The translations under genes and the position numbers were made by a program. A DNA stretch of 63,999 bases, the filler included, from Dirinaria sp. TL-2023a (taxonomy: Eukaryota), in assembly GCA_051941275.1 (NCBI GenBank). It is 6 parts of 6 records of this genome, joined end to end, with 100 filler letters (N's around TTAATTAATTAA, not from the genome) between each part and the next. Parts side by side here need not be neighbours in the genome. Positions count along the whole stretch, not along the records: positions 43,715 to 54,505 come from JAVEBF010000905.1; positions 54,606 to 63,999 come from JAVEBF010001062.1; 4 more parts are not named here. One strand, given 5' to 3'. Numbering within the stretch: position 1 is the stretch's first letter; each line of letters opens with the position of its first letter. Shown one piece after another: positions 46,575-58,567 of this stretch. A model generated the notes under the pieces. The model was not told the DNA's origin and did no database searches. It saw only the letters and a program-made list of their open reading frames with translations.

Positions 46575-47881
46575 ATGACTGCGACAATTCACATTGCCGA
46601 CAACTACAGTCAATCTCAAATGATTGGCATAGCAGTCTTTTTCATCATTCTTCCGATTGTTGCTGTAGGACTGAGAGTATGGGCAAAAATGCTAGGGCGA
46701 CGAGGCATTGCTGGCGATGATATGTCGATATTTTGTGCGCTTGTAAGTCAAGCTAGATTGATACCGAAGAACACTGGATTGAGGGAATACTTAGGCTTTT
46801 GCAATTGGTTGTGGAATTGTGCAACTTGTTGGTAAGCAAGCAACCCGCGCAAAACAATGAGTAAAGACTTACTATCCTGTAGCCGCCATCGATGGCCAAC
46901 TCGGACAGCATCAGACAGTCATGCCCGACGGCCAACCAATTCTAAACGATCCTCGATTTGAAAAATATGAAAAGGTGTGGGAACGCCTCTACGCACGTCG
47001 AGATCAGCCGTAGTGACCAATCGTACAGTGTAAATTTGCGGTCAACATCATTTCGACTGTCGGCCTGGGGTTCACAAAGTCGTCATTCTTGCTATTTTAC
47101 ATGGGCATTTTCACCACCAAACGTTTCCGCCTCTCAGCGCAAATCGTACTCGCACTAGTCGTATCTTGGGCAGTTGCTTTCTTCTTTGCCAATCTGTTCA
47201 CCTGCTACCCGGTTTCGCCTTTCATCGAAGCCTTCTACAAAAATCACTGTGTAGATGGGCTAGCTCTCTGGTACGCCATGGCCATATCCGATATTATCGT
47301 CGATTTTTGTATCCTCATCATGCCTATACCTATGGTCCTGAAGCTGCAATTGCCACTCCATCAGCGGATCGGAGTGCTAGCAATGTTTCTATTAGGTGCC
47401 ACGTTAGTAACCCAATGTCTTCGACGTATGCAGCAATTAATTGGTTCAGTGTGATCGCGTTCAGCATTGCCCGCGCTTTGGTGTATATCCACGTTGGCCA
47501 GCGCTTGGATGAACACTACGATGACGAAACATGTGAGTTGCCATCTTGCTTTGAAAAAGGACTTCCTGACCTGCCACTGATGACTGACCATTGCGGTCGA
47601 GCAAAGACTATACCTCTCCCGTTTTCTTCTGGCCTACTATTGAGCTCTCTACTGCCGTTCTGAGCGCAAGTCTACCGACGTACCGACCTATCTGGCTAAA
47701 CCTACGCAGCTGCGGGATCACCAGACCCAAATTCTCACATCGCTTACGGTCCTACTCTAGAGAGAATGGTGATGATTGTGAGAATGCTACTCATGATGGA
47801 AATCCTAGCGAGCATGACCACACATCAGCTTGGCATGACGCCGGCTCCCAAGGCAGTGCAAGAGTATTGTTCAACAACTGA
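46575..47881 (+). CDS. PTH11-like (fungal rhodopsin-domain) integral membrane protein lacking CFEM, multi-exon
   Basis: VAVGLRVWAK...GIAGDD, KSSFLLFY, FTCYPV, DIIVDFCILIMPIPMVLKLQLP..QRIGVLAMFLLG, WPTIELSTAVLSASLPTYRPIW. Confidence 0.9.
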
Positions 47882-48596
47882 TCCATTTCGACACACAGAC
47901 TTTGAGAGACACCGTTTAGATAAGACAATGCAGAGTATCAGACATTGGATCGTGGAAGCCAAAACCTATAGCACATATTTGGAATGTATGCTAGCCTAAA
48001 GGAACAAAACTCGAGGCGCATCCATACATCTGCTGCATTTCGGAAAATCTTTCCTGTTTACGGCCATTGAAGGTGTGGAACTGTGCGTTTGTTGTAGTAA
48101 GGTTTAGGCGGCTCGGTTCTAGAAGTTAAAAGCAGTGGTGCAGCCGCGGAACTTGCTCGTGTGATAGCGCAGGCGTCTTACGCATCCAGGAAGCCCACTA
48201 GCTCTGCATGCTGCAGGTTGCTAGGTTAGGCTGCATTATGCTGTCAGAGCAGTCTTGGATCTGTCCGAGCCCAGGTCGCATGGAACGATGTCAACAGCTA
48301 TGGGACTAAGCCGAAAGGCAGTGGTTCAATTCTCAGGACTTCCCTTCCGCATGTCAACCTGCAGATACTGGGTTTAAAGATCAGCTTACCATTGGCCGAC
48401 GGCATTCCGGTGTGCGTGCTGGGCGCTACCCGTGTCTATATGTATCCAGTCAACTTTCGCACAGATTTACTTTCTCAAAGTTGTTAGTATCCATCGCCTG
48501 TGCCCAGTTTTCACTAAGTGGTACGTACCTCGCGGAGCCTAAGGCCAATGCTTAGAGCACTGTATACTTCATGACTCACACTGACTCTTTCGCTTG

Positions 48597-50279
48597 ATGT
48601 CTAACTATGCTGCCGACTACGTCGTTGTGGGTGGAGGTCTGACGGGATGTACAATAGCCTCGCGCTTAAAGCAGAGTGATCCGGCCGTCTCTATCATCGT
48701 CCTCGAAGCCGGGCCTCATTCCGAAAAAAAGCACGATGTTACCACGCCAATGGGTGGCTTTGCCCTTCAAGACACAGAACTTGACTGGCATTACTCAACA
48801 GTGCCACACGATGGCACTCAGAATCGCAAACATACTTTGGCGGCCGGCAAAACCCTTGGTGGAGGCTCAGTGCTGAATTATGGAGGATGGAGTCGCGGCG
48901 ATGCAGCTGATTATGATTCCTGGTCAAAAACAACAGGTTTCGATCTGTGGGACTATCAAAGCCTGTTACCATATTTCCAGCGCAGTGAACGTTTCGATCC
49001 AGCCGTATACTCTCCGCCAGACTTGTCACAACCAGGGCTTTGCGGGCCTATGAAGATCACTAGCGTAAGTGTTTCAAGTTTGAAGCGGCTTTATCCCTTA
49101 AAAGAACCACTTCATGCCGCTTGGCGGGAGCTTGGCGTGAGTAAAATAGCGTACGGTTGTACTGGTAGCAATGAGGGAGTAAGCGAGTGGCTCGAGAACT
49201 GGGACAATGGTCGGCGACAACCAGCTCATGAAGCCTATCCTCTCGATGGTATCCATGTCTTATCGAACTCACTCGTCTCCAAAGTCTTCTTCGCGGAGAG
49301 AGTCGACGCTACGACAACCCAACGGCCGAAGGCAACGGGAGTGCTGCTACAAGACGGCCGTAGGATACAAGCTGATCGTGAAGTGCTGATCTGCGCTGGC
49401 GCACTTAACTCACCCACCATCTTGATGGCTTCCGGCATAGGCCCCAGGTCCATCATGAACGAAAGGAATATCCCGAGTGTGCAAGAGCTCGACGGAGTTG
49501 GCGCTAACATGATCGATCACTTTGCACTCTTCCAACTCTTCAAACTCCGGCCCTTGAATACGGGTCTCGCACTCGGGCACCCGGATTTGAGCGACCCAGC
49601 ATTTTCGCTGGGCATGCCGATCGACTGCGTTGTGAATGAAGGCCTGCCACGGGATTTATTGGAGAAAGCTCTTGATGAGGACGGTATCATGGGCACAGAG
49701 CGCGATACTCTGCTTGAACCGGGTCGTTGCTTCCTTGAGTTCCTCGTTCTTTACCATCCCTTGCATCCGGCTGTGCCTGCAGACGGAACGCACGTGTCGA
49801 CATCTGTCATGCTGACACTACCGACCTCGCGAGGCAACGTCTCCATCCCCAACAGAGCTGAAAATCCTCCAGTCATCCATCCCGGCTACTTCGCCACCGC
49901 ACTTGACCGCTTAGCCTTGATACACGGCGTACGCTGGATCTTACAGCTTATGTTGGGCACCAAAGCCATGCAGCCCTACGTTGAGGCGGAGGTTCCTCCG
50001 CCAGGTCTTCCAGCGCTGCATTGCGGCTCGTCGGATGCTGAAATCGAGAGTCGTATTCGGGCTGCCGGTGCGGCTCATTTTCACACCATGGGCACATGTG
50101 CGCTCGGCTCGGTGCTCGATGAGGAAATGCGGGTCTATGGTGTTGAAGGCTTGCGCGTCTGTGACGCCAGTGCGATACCGGCTCCGATCGGTGGGCATCC
50201 TCAAGCAACCTTGTATGGAATAGGCGAGCTTGCTGCACAGATGATTCTGCAGAAAGCAGCATCGAGATCAGGAGATTGA
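48597..50279 (+). CDS. GMC oxidoreductase (glucose dehydrogenase/alcohol oxidase-like), no signal peptide
   Basis: DYVVVGGGLTG, GKTLGGGSVLN, EVLICAGALNSPTILMASGIG, GVGANMIDH, catalytic HFHTMGTC and GHPQATLY. Confidence 0.95.
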   Translation: MSNYAADYVVVGGGLTGCTIASRLKQSDPAVSIIVLEAGPHSEKKHDVTTPMGGFALQDTELDWHYSTVPHDGTQNRKHTLAAGKTLGGGSVLNYGGWSRGDAADYDSWSKTTGFDLWDYQSLLPYFQRSERFDPAVYSPPDLSQPGLCGPMKITSVSVSSLKRLYPLKEPLHAAWRELGVSKIAYGCTGSNEGVSEWLENWDNGRRQPAHEAYPLDGIHVLSNSLVSKVFFAERVDATTTQRPKATGVLLQDGRRIQADREVLICAGALNSPTILMASGIGPRSIMNERNIPSVQELDGVGANMIDHFALFQLFKLRPLNTGLALGHPDLSDPAFSLGMPIDCVVNEGLPRDLLEKALDEDGIMGTERDTLLEPGRCFLEFLVLYHPLHPAVPADGTHVSTSVMLTLPTSRGNVSIPNRAENPPVIHPGYFATALDRLALIHGVRWILQLMLGTKAMQPYVEAEVPPPGLPALHCGSSDAEIESRIRAAGAAHFHTMGTCALGSVLDEEMRVYGVEGLRVCDASAIPAPIGGHPQATLYGIGELAAQMILQKAASRSGD

Positions 50280-52271
50280 ATTATGATCTGAATGATCAAG
50301 TCTCTGCCAGGTCTCATGCGCAAGTTCCGATTTTCCTCCTTAACACGTCTAGTAGACTTTTTACCTAGGAAGTGCTTTCGATGCCTCATGAAGTAATATT
50401 GACATAAGTCATTATATTAGATTTAGGGCCTCGTCGGCACCAAAGGCGGCTATATAGCAATCAAAATCTGTCTTAAAATCTCGCTGTCTCAAGCGTCATC
50501 AATTGCCTTTATCTACGCGGCCGATATCTGAAGTGGATGAATGAAAAAGCGTTTCCGCAATTCGATCCGAGTGCGATAATAAGCAGACGATGAAGCAAAT
50601 GTGAAAGTCAGAGAAGATGTCGATGGAGCATTATATGCTTTCTATCGATAAATCGACATCTCGTCATCGCCATCTCGGCAAAAAAACTGCTATGTATAAC
50701 GCGAAAAATCTCTGAAAAGCTTCATCGCTCATGTCTCTAATCCCATCAAAAAGGTTCCTCGAGACGAATATAATGACCACTCGAGAGTGACAACAATGGC
50801 ATGGCATCTAGACATTTCCCGTCTGCTCTGCATGGCACTCCTGGACAGCTAAGTTCACCGTGAAGGAAAGAAATTCCCTCGCGAATCAACACATCTGACA
50901 GATTGTAGAGAAGGTGGCTTCACAAGATGCAACTGACCGTGGCTTGCCCTCATCGGAACTCAACTGTTTGCTATCATCTCAGCCGCTGGATCCGGCTTCT
51001 TCATTTCTTCGCATGCCCAAATTTGGTCACACTCGCTTTCATAACCCTGGTAAAAGTAAGGATATGAGGACGCAATATCATTAACCCAATCCCGAGTACT
51101 TACATTTTCCAACGCATACTCTGTTAAGTTGCAGAGGCTGTTTGCGCCGATAAACGGGACCCTGCTTACACCACACTTTGATCCTGATCTCGATCATCCC
51201 ACTCGAATCTCCTGTTGATTTCAAGCTGTAGGATTGTATGCGCTAAGAGATTGGACTAGGATGCTGTACACATATGTCTGGCATCAACATATTAAGCATC
51301 AAAGAGACTTTTATTGGCTTAGGACATTTGGGAATCTAAAGTTGCTGTTATGGATTTTCCATGTGTTGGCACTCTGTGTTGCAGAGGGCATACCCGATCG
51401 CGTTTAGTGCCGGCCATAGAGTTTTTCCTTCGCCGTCACTGAGTATTTCACTTGTGTCTAAGCCATCATGTAGTTAGCATTCTCATCATCCATACAATTT
51501 AATCATTTTATTGACATTAATGGGCCCGTCATCATTAATTCCTAACAGTTGTCTTGTAGATATCACTGCCCCGCTGACATTACCAGTCAGCCTAGGGTGG
51601 CAAAAATGCAGTTGAGGTTCAATAGAGTCACTGAAGAAGATGAGTAAACACTTTGATTTCACTTTGATTCACCCAGCATATAGTGTTATGAAGTATAAAT
51701 TGTCTCATTCAGTTACTGTGACGGAAAGCTCCTCACACATAAGCGACAAGATCAACCCACACATTATTACTCTCTAGCTTGCCTTAAGTTTTCTTTCATT
51801 TTAGTTGTTTCGTTCCGTCCAAGAGCTATTTACATCCTTAGCTATTGATTTGATAACTTGGAGTTCATTGATAGATGACAAGTGGGAATGAGGGCTGGAC
51901 TATAATCATTTGGCGGAACTCAAGAACGAGATTGAGTTCAAGAAAGACTTTGTATCTCTACCACTATCTGATCTTTGTTTAGCGCCATGGATATATTAGA
52001 AACATTCTTCATGCACGCCTTAGAACACGATTTAGATGCCTGCTGATAGAAGATCCGACGAAACCGCCTCCCTCCTCTCTACCCTTCGCTAAAGCGATTC
52101 TTTGTTAGCAGGCAGTGGGGTCCTCCTTTAGAGCATAAGAAAAGCTGATGGGAAAGTCGTCGATGACACAATCTAGAACACGAAGCGGCTATGCGCGTAC
52201 ACAACAATAAACTAAATACACCGTGCTACAAGACCATCACATGATCCAGTGTTCATGAGCAAATAAAAACG

Positions 52272-52316
52272 AAGCAAACGAGGACTAAGCAAACGACGAC
52301 TAAGCAAGCACCGACT
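52272..52316. repeat. 15-bp tandem repeat, 3 copies
   Basis: aagcaaacgaggact / aagcaaacgacgact / aagcaagcaccgact. Confidence 0.8.
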
Positions 52317-52360
52317 AGACAAAGAAATAAGCGGGGCCCCCAATAGACACTTTCCTATAC

Positions 52361-52832
52361 AAGATCTTTGTTTTCTGGCCTTTTCTTCCACATCACAACT
52401 ATCACTCTCCATCGAGTCAGAGCCGCAACTTTCGCTCCAGAAGATCTTTGTTGTCTGGCCTGTTTTGTCACATCATTACTACCGCTCCATATTAAGCTCG
52501 CAACCACAAAACTGCTCCTGGAGATCTTAGTTGTCCGACCTTTCTTGCCACATCATTACTACCGCTCCACATTAAGCTCAGAACCACAAACCTGCTCCAG
52601 AAGATCTTAGTGATCTGACCTCTCTCCCCGCATCGTAAAGACAACTGTACATCGAGCTCCGAGCCCCAAAGTTGCTTCCGAAGAGCCTACTTGTCTAACC
52701 GTTGCTCCTACACCATAACCACCGCTTTACATCGAGCTCCGAACCACAAAAGTTGCTTCCGAAGAGCCTACTTGTCTAACCGTTGCTCCTGCATCATACC
52801 AACCGCTTTACATCGAGCCAAGAGCCGCAAAG
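52361..52832. repeat. Degenerate tandem array of about 6 units of 80 bp ending at a start codon
   Basis: aagatctt/aagagcct anchors at 52361, 52441, 52521, 52601, 52681 and 52762. Units 5 and 6 are nearly identical. Confidence 0.88.
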
Positions 52833-54487
52833 ATGTCTGACTCCCTAGCTGGTATTCGCGCGCTCATGAAAGCCCTGCCGACGATCCTCCCCAACGAGAA
52901 GATTCTGACGGGCAAACGCGACGGGTACGATGCAGCGTGCGTGAGATGGAGCCAGATCAATTACAAGAGCTCCGTCCCATATGTCATCGTCTTCCCTGCC
53001 ACCGCGGCCGAGATCGTCAAGCTGGTGAGTTTTTCACTGCCTCTTTCTACTTACTACCTGTCGTCGCGCGGCGACTCGTTGCAAATCTAACTATAGATAG
53101 ATCAAAGCGGCCCGCAAGAACGACATCCCTTTCGTCCCCTGCACAGGTCGGAATACTTCGTGGTCCATGATCGCGGAGGGCATGGTCATCGACCTGTCCG
53201 AGTACAAAGGGTTGTCGGTCGAGCCTGAGCAGGGGCAAGTGACTGTGGAGGGCGCGGTATTGATGGAAGAGCTGCAGCATCGTCTGGCTGAGAAGGGGCA
53301 ATTCACAGGTAAACACCTCCTATCAACCCCATGGCTCCAATATATTATCATCAAAAAAAACCCCGCTGACACCACAAATCTTAGCCGTAGCAAGTACCAG
53401 CACCATCGGCGTCATTCCTTTCATGATTGCCGGTGGCTACAGCTCGTACATGCCGCTGATCGGGTACGCGAGCGAAAACATCCTCTCCGCCGAAATGATC
53501 CTCGCCGACGGCGCCGTGGTCACGGCAACCGAGAGCCAGCACGCGGACTTGCTCTGGGCGATCCGCGGCGCAGGCCAATTCTTCGGCATCGTGACCAAGC
53601 TCGTGATCCGCACCTACCCCCTCTCCCTCATCGGACCCCGTGGCGAGCGCCAAATGGGCACCATGATCTTCCCTGCCGATCGTGCAGAGCAAGTGTGCCA
53701 GGCTCTCAAAGACATCCTCGCCGCCGCCGCCGCCGCCAACAACAACAACGGACACGTCTCCTCGGGCCATCTCAGCGTCGTCAAAAACATGCGCGTCGGC
53801 GAAAACAACGTCGAGCACGGCCACTACCTCCTCCTCGCGCCCGAATTCTTCGGGACCCTCGCCCAGCTCAAACAGACGTTCAAACCGGTGCTGGATCTGG
53901 GGCCCGTGGTGCAGGACTACGAGTCCCAGCCCTTCGAGAAGCACGGCGAGCAAAACAAATGGCTGGGCGAGAAGGGCAACCACAAGCGGCTCAGCCAGAT
54001 CGCGCTGAGGGAGATCGACCCTAAGAAATTCGCCCGCGTCGTAAGGCTGCATGAGAAATTGCTGATGATGGTCCCGGACGCCGGCCGCTCCATGTTCTCG
54101 ATCCGCTGGCACACCCCCGCGCGCACCGATATCGTGGCGCGCAAGACGGAGACTTGTTTGGGGCTCACGGGCGTCGATTTGTGGTTGTGAGTTCCTTCCC
54201 CCTTCCCTCTCCCCTTTTTGGTTCCTGGAACTAATATTCAACGTCAAAGCGATATCCTATCCTACTACACCGACGCCGCGCTGCACAGCAAGGTCCTCCA
54301 GTTCGACCAGCGCGCCCAAGACATCATCCGCCACGGCTGCAAGCCCGAGGAATCCGTCTCGTACACGGCCACCAACCGCGACGACCCGCCCGAGTGGCGG
54401 TACCCGGACCCCGTGGCGCTCGATCTGCTGAGGAAGTTGAAGAGGCGGTATGATCCGGAGGGGGTGTTTACGAGGCTGCTTTTGTGA
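52833..54487 (+). CDS. FAD-binding PCMH/BBE-like oxidoreductase, 4 exons
   Basis: IVFPATAAEIVKL, GMVIDLSEYK, GGYSSYMPLIGYASENILSAEMILADG...DLLWAIRGAGQFFGIVT, and C-terminal LRKLKRRYDPEGVF. Confidence 0.9.
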
Positions 54488-54505
54488 GGTGGGAGGGGTG
54501 GGAGG

Positions 54506-54605
54506 NNNNNNNNNNNNNNNNNNNNNNNNNNNNNNNNNNNNNNNNNNNNTTAATTAATTAANNNNNNNNNNNNNNNNNNNNNNNNNNNNNNNNNNNNNNN
54601 NNNNN
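54506..54605. other. Artificial contig linker
   Basis: N44-TTAATTAATTAA-N44. Confidence 0.99.
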
Positions 54606-55669
54606 GATTCGGATTTTGAGTGGGGGGAGGAGCGGGAGGAGGGGCACCGTAAACAAAATTTTGCAGAGCATTGTGTTTCTTTTTTTCGGGGAGATCTGAG
54701 ACATGAATACATGTAGGCTGACTTTTTGGATGTGTTTGCAGCACGCACAATGGGCCAGTAAATTGGGTTCCAAGCTGGGGAACGCGGCTATTTTCGGGGC
54801 TGGAGCGACGGCTGGGAGTGACCTTGTGAACTCGATCTTCTGAAGGTGGGAAGAGAGCAGGAGACTTCTTGCATTATTGCTTCATCGTTGGCCGAGTGGA
54901 GGGTATAGCATATGACTAATGATACATACATGTATAGAATGCCGATGCAAGAACTTGTGTCAAGACGAATCTGACATCCTCCAGGCAAATATTTGGACAA
55001 TGCCGAAAGGCCTGTTGGATGATATGGATAGCTCATTGATCATGAGAGCAGCTAGCAGATGATGACCATGCTCGCCCTCGGTACCAAAACTTTCATCATA
55101 TAGGGCCATTATATTCGCTTGTTTCTTCCGATCCTTTGTGCTTAGCTGAGCATCGTATCTTGAGGAGCGACGTGGATCGTAACGACCTGGTCTAGTGATG
55201 GCGTAAGCAGTCAGATCGATCACCTTCTCGTCGCCCTTCGCAGTGAACACTGAAGCTTCATGCCGCAAACCCTGAATCGAATTGAATTTTGCTTGAGCGT
55301 CAAGGCTGTAGAAGCTGTAGAAGGGTTCCACAATAGTTTGCCGTGGACATGGCTTTAGTGGCGACCACAATCATTGGCTCCCTCAGGACCAGCTTGGTAG
55401 GCGTATCGGGTTGGCAGCGGAGGATTCCCTGAGTGAGCAATAGTTGGCTGTGGAAGGCTTATGCAACACTCGGTGTGATCTACCCCTTCGCTGCTTGAAT
55501 ATGGGAATTTTTCTATCAGAAATAAATGCGTCACGTCTCAGTGGTCGTCCTTCGACAGCCGGTCCTCGCTCTAAGTCGTACGGGATTGTTGATTGTTGGC
55601 TCTCGTGGATGGAATAAAGGTGTCTATTTTTCTCGTAGGATTCTCGTAGCTAGCTCTAAATCTAAATAA

Positions 55670-56249
55670 TTAGGGTCTGGAAGGGAGCGCTGGGACTTCC
55701 AGAAGGCTTCTGGATGCAATTTGGATCGTACATTGCGCAAACCTCCCACTTGTCTCATTTTCGCACACGTCAGGCTTATCGAGGGGAGCTCGATACACAG
55801 ACATTTTTAACGAATCAAGATTAAAACATTCCTCCAATATGCGAAAGCAATCTTTGGTATGAGCTCCGGCTTCTTTCCAAGACCAGGCGAAAGTGATACT
55901 TGTGACATGCTGGCGTCGTAGATGTTTAGTATTCTTCGGGAATTCATACAGTACGTCTTAGTTGCTGAAGCGCAGCTTTTTGATACGACAAAACAACCAA
56001 TAAGCTTCGGCAAAAATCCGATTTGAAATTAACAAAAGAGAGAGAGACTTGGTAATAAGGCCTTCATCCTCCCAAAATCTGCTGACAGGAGGATAGGCCG
56101 GGGCCTCATCTAGCGATTGGGTAAGCACGACTTCATAAATACGCTGGCGTAATTCTGAAGACAGCGGAAGATGTGCTAGCTTTGACGCGCTCAACTGAGA
56201 TTGGCCGGTACATTCGACAATGTTTGGTCTCGATGGGGGCTTTAGACAT
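55670..56249 (-). pseudogene. Pseudogene of an F-box-like/DUF7730-type fungal protein
   Basis: LSSELRQRIYEVVL...LSLLLISNRIFAEAYWLFC...FSN*DVLYEF...RRQHVTSITFAW...FRILEECFNLDSLKM. Premature TAA at 55958-55960, and the ATG at 56249 is out of frame. Confidence 0.55.
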
Positions 56250-58567
56250 TCCGTTAGCGCCGATGACCTGCACTATATGTTGAGTATGTTGTGAGTCGAA
56301 CTATGATACGTTTGTCGGCTCAGTCTTTTGTAGATCGATATAGCCGGAGGATGCATAGCCCTCTATAGAGGAACCTACCACATCCGACGAATAGAAGTTC
56401 CAAATTTAGCGGGATAAATTGCCTTTTGATACGGAGAACCAGTGGTGCTCATCTGATGTGTTCAGATGAGCAGAAGTATCAGTGAAATAGTAAAGTGGAG
56501 GTACGAAACGAAACAAAAGGAGTCCAGATCCGGGATGCGAACTCTCGTGCAAAATGCCGGGCTGTTCGATACGCAGGCTGAACCGAAGCGTTACATTTAT
56601 GAAGTGAATTAGTCGAGATCAAAGGCACGACAAAATAGAAGAAAATGGATGTGACGAAATACCTGAGGAATTGAAATGTTCGACAATACGCGAACATGGT
56701 CAATATGAGAGGTTGGTACATGGATACAATGCCAATGAGGATAATAGTTTCAATTTGGGGTTTTGGGTATAACCGAGATAGGTACAGAAAGTTAAAGTCA
56801 AGTTCCAGAATGACACAGAGCATGAGAGCATACCGGAAAGGGAGATATGGAAGGAATGAGCGGAGTGCTGATGGGAGGCACGAAGAATAGGGTAGGGATG
56901 TATCTGGAAGGCAGGTAACGTTAAGAGTGTCCTACCTATGTTAATTAGGAGTCACATGTATGACAAGGTCATTCCGTTAAGAACGTTGGCCACAAGAAAG
57001 CTTTTTGCGGTACCTCAGAAAATTATCGACCCTATATATATGAGAATTAGAGATAAACTTTTCAACTAACTGTCCAGCAGGAATGGTCGAAGAATTTCGA
57101 TTCGCTAACTCCCCTTTGGGCCGACCTCTAACCCCGAGTCATGAGGTCTGGGACAAAAAAGGGTCTACCGGAGGGGGCGAGAGTTCGATTTCGAGCACTT
57201 TCCCAAAAACATCAAATTTGGGAAATGAAACAGGAATCCTCCGCCTCGAGTTCGAATCCGCGAAGGGCCCGAAATGAGCGCTCGAACTAGCCCGGTGAGC
57301 ACGGTAGAAGGGACCTCCTCCGCATCGAGCGACCGAACCCGTCGAGTTTCCCCTGGACCAAGGTAAGTATGGAATTTTTTTTTTTTTTTTTTTTTTTTTT
57401 GTGGTTTGATTGTTGTGGCATGCCTGTTTTTTCTTTCCAAATGTTTTCATGGCACAAGGGCTAAAATGCTAGACCTTTCTAGCTCCACTTAAGGTAATCT
57501 TACATGCACTTCATTGGTTTTGACAGGCTCAAGTCGCAACCCTCCTGTCTTAGCTACAATGGGAATTGAATCATGAGGAGCTACGCAATTGCAAATCCGC
57601 TCACATATACTACAGCTGTCTGACAGAAGAAAAAGCTTAGCAATTTGCCAGGAAAGACACAACATCCTTTATCACGTCGCCGAAATTCTTACTCCTCGCT
57701 CCAAAGCCATGCATGTACTAGTCTCAAGCTCTTGTGCAGCAGAGCGGCGGGTCTCTGGTCTACAATTCAACGTTGCGTCAGTATCGCCAGCCTGTCTGAG
57801 AAATTCCAGTGGATGGAAGATAGAGAGCTTGTCAGGTCGCCAATGCTGACGAAGAGGTAGGAATGTCGTTAAATTGCATGTGGAGCGACAAGATTGCGGT
57901 TTATGAATGTACCAGGTAATTGAGCCAGGCGATTCGAACCTGATTAGTGGCTGCAAGAGCGTTCGGACTATCCAAGCTCCCTGGAAAGCTTGCTTGAGCA
58001 GCACGATGACCAGGCACAATCTTAGTGGTTCGAAATTAGTGGCTTCCATTTTGTAAAGGTAAACGCCATGATGAGGACTGAGGCTGCGAAATCATAAAGG
58101 TGTTCAAATATTGTTGTTGTTTTGTCTTGTGATTCATCATCAATGTGATATCGTTGCCTCGATGTACCGCGTGGAAGGAAACGAATAGTGCTATTAATAT
58201 TATGAGCCGAGATTTCTAAGCTTCATGGCAAGCTTCTTTAGCAACGGGATGAAGGACCTCCACTTTGTTCTGACTCCACATGAACGGACGCGAAGCTAAG
58301 CGCAACGGCGTCATACCATGTGCGGGTGGCTCCGAAAGGCTCGTTTATAGAATGCTGCGATAGGAGCGCAAATAGGCGCAGAGGCCGTCGTCTGTCCGTG
58401 CATCTATAGCTGGCAAAAGGATCATCTAGTAGGGAACATACGGTTAGTTAGACTTAACTAAAATATGGAGTACTGAGTACTGCACAACTCGAACCCCTCG
58501 ACGATCTCAGGATCGACCTTGTAAGTAATGAATTTTCAGCCTTCACCAACGTCAACACGAGTTCAAA

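Noticed and set aside
48300..48345. tRNA-like sequence (GCCGAAAGGC hairpin plus GGTTCAATTC)
   Set aside because: No acceptor stem, D-arm or A-box could be built.
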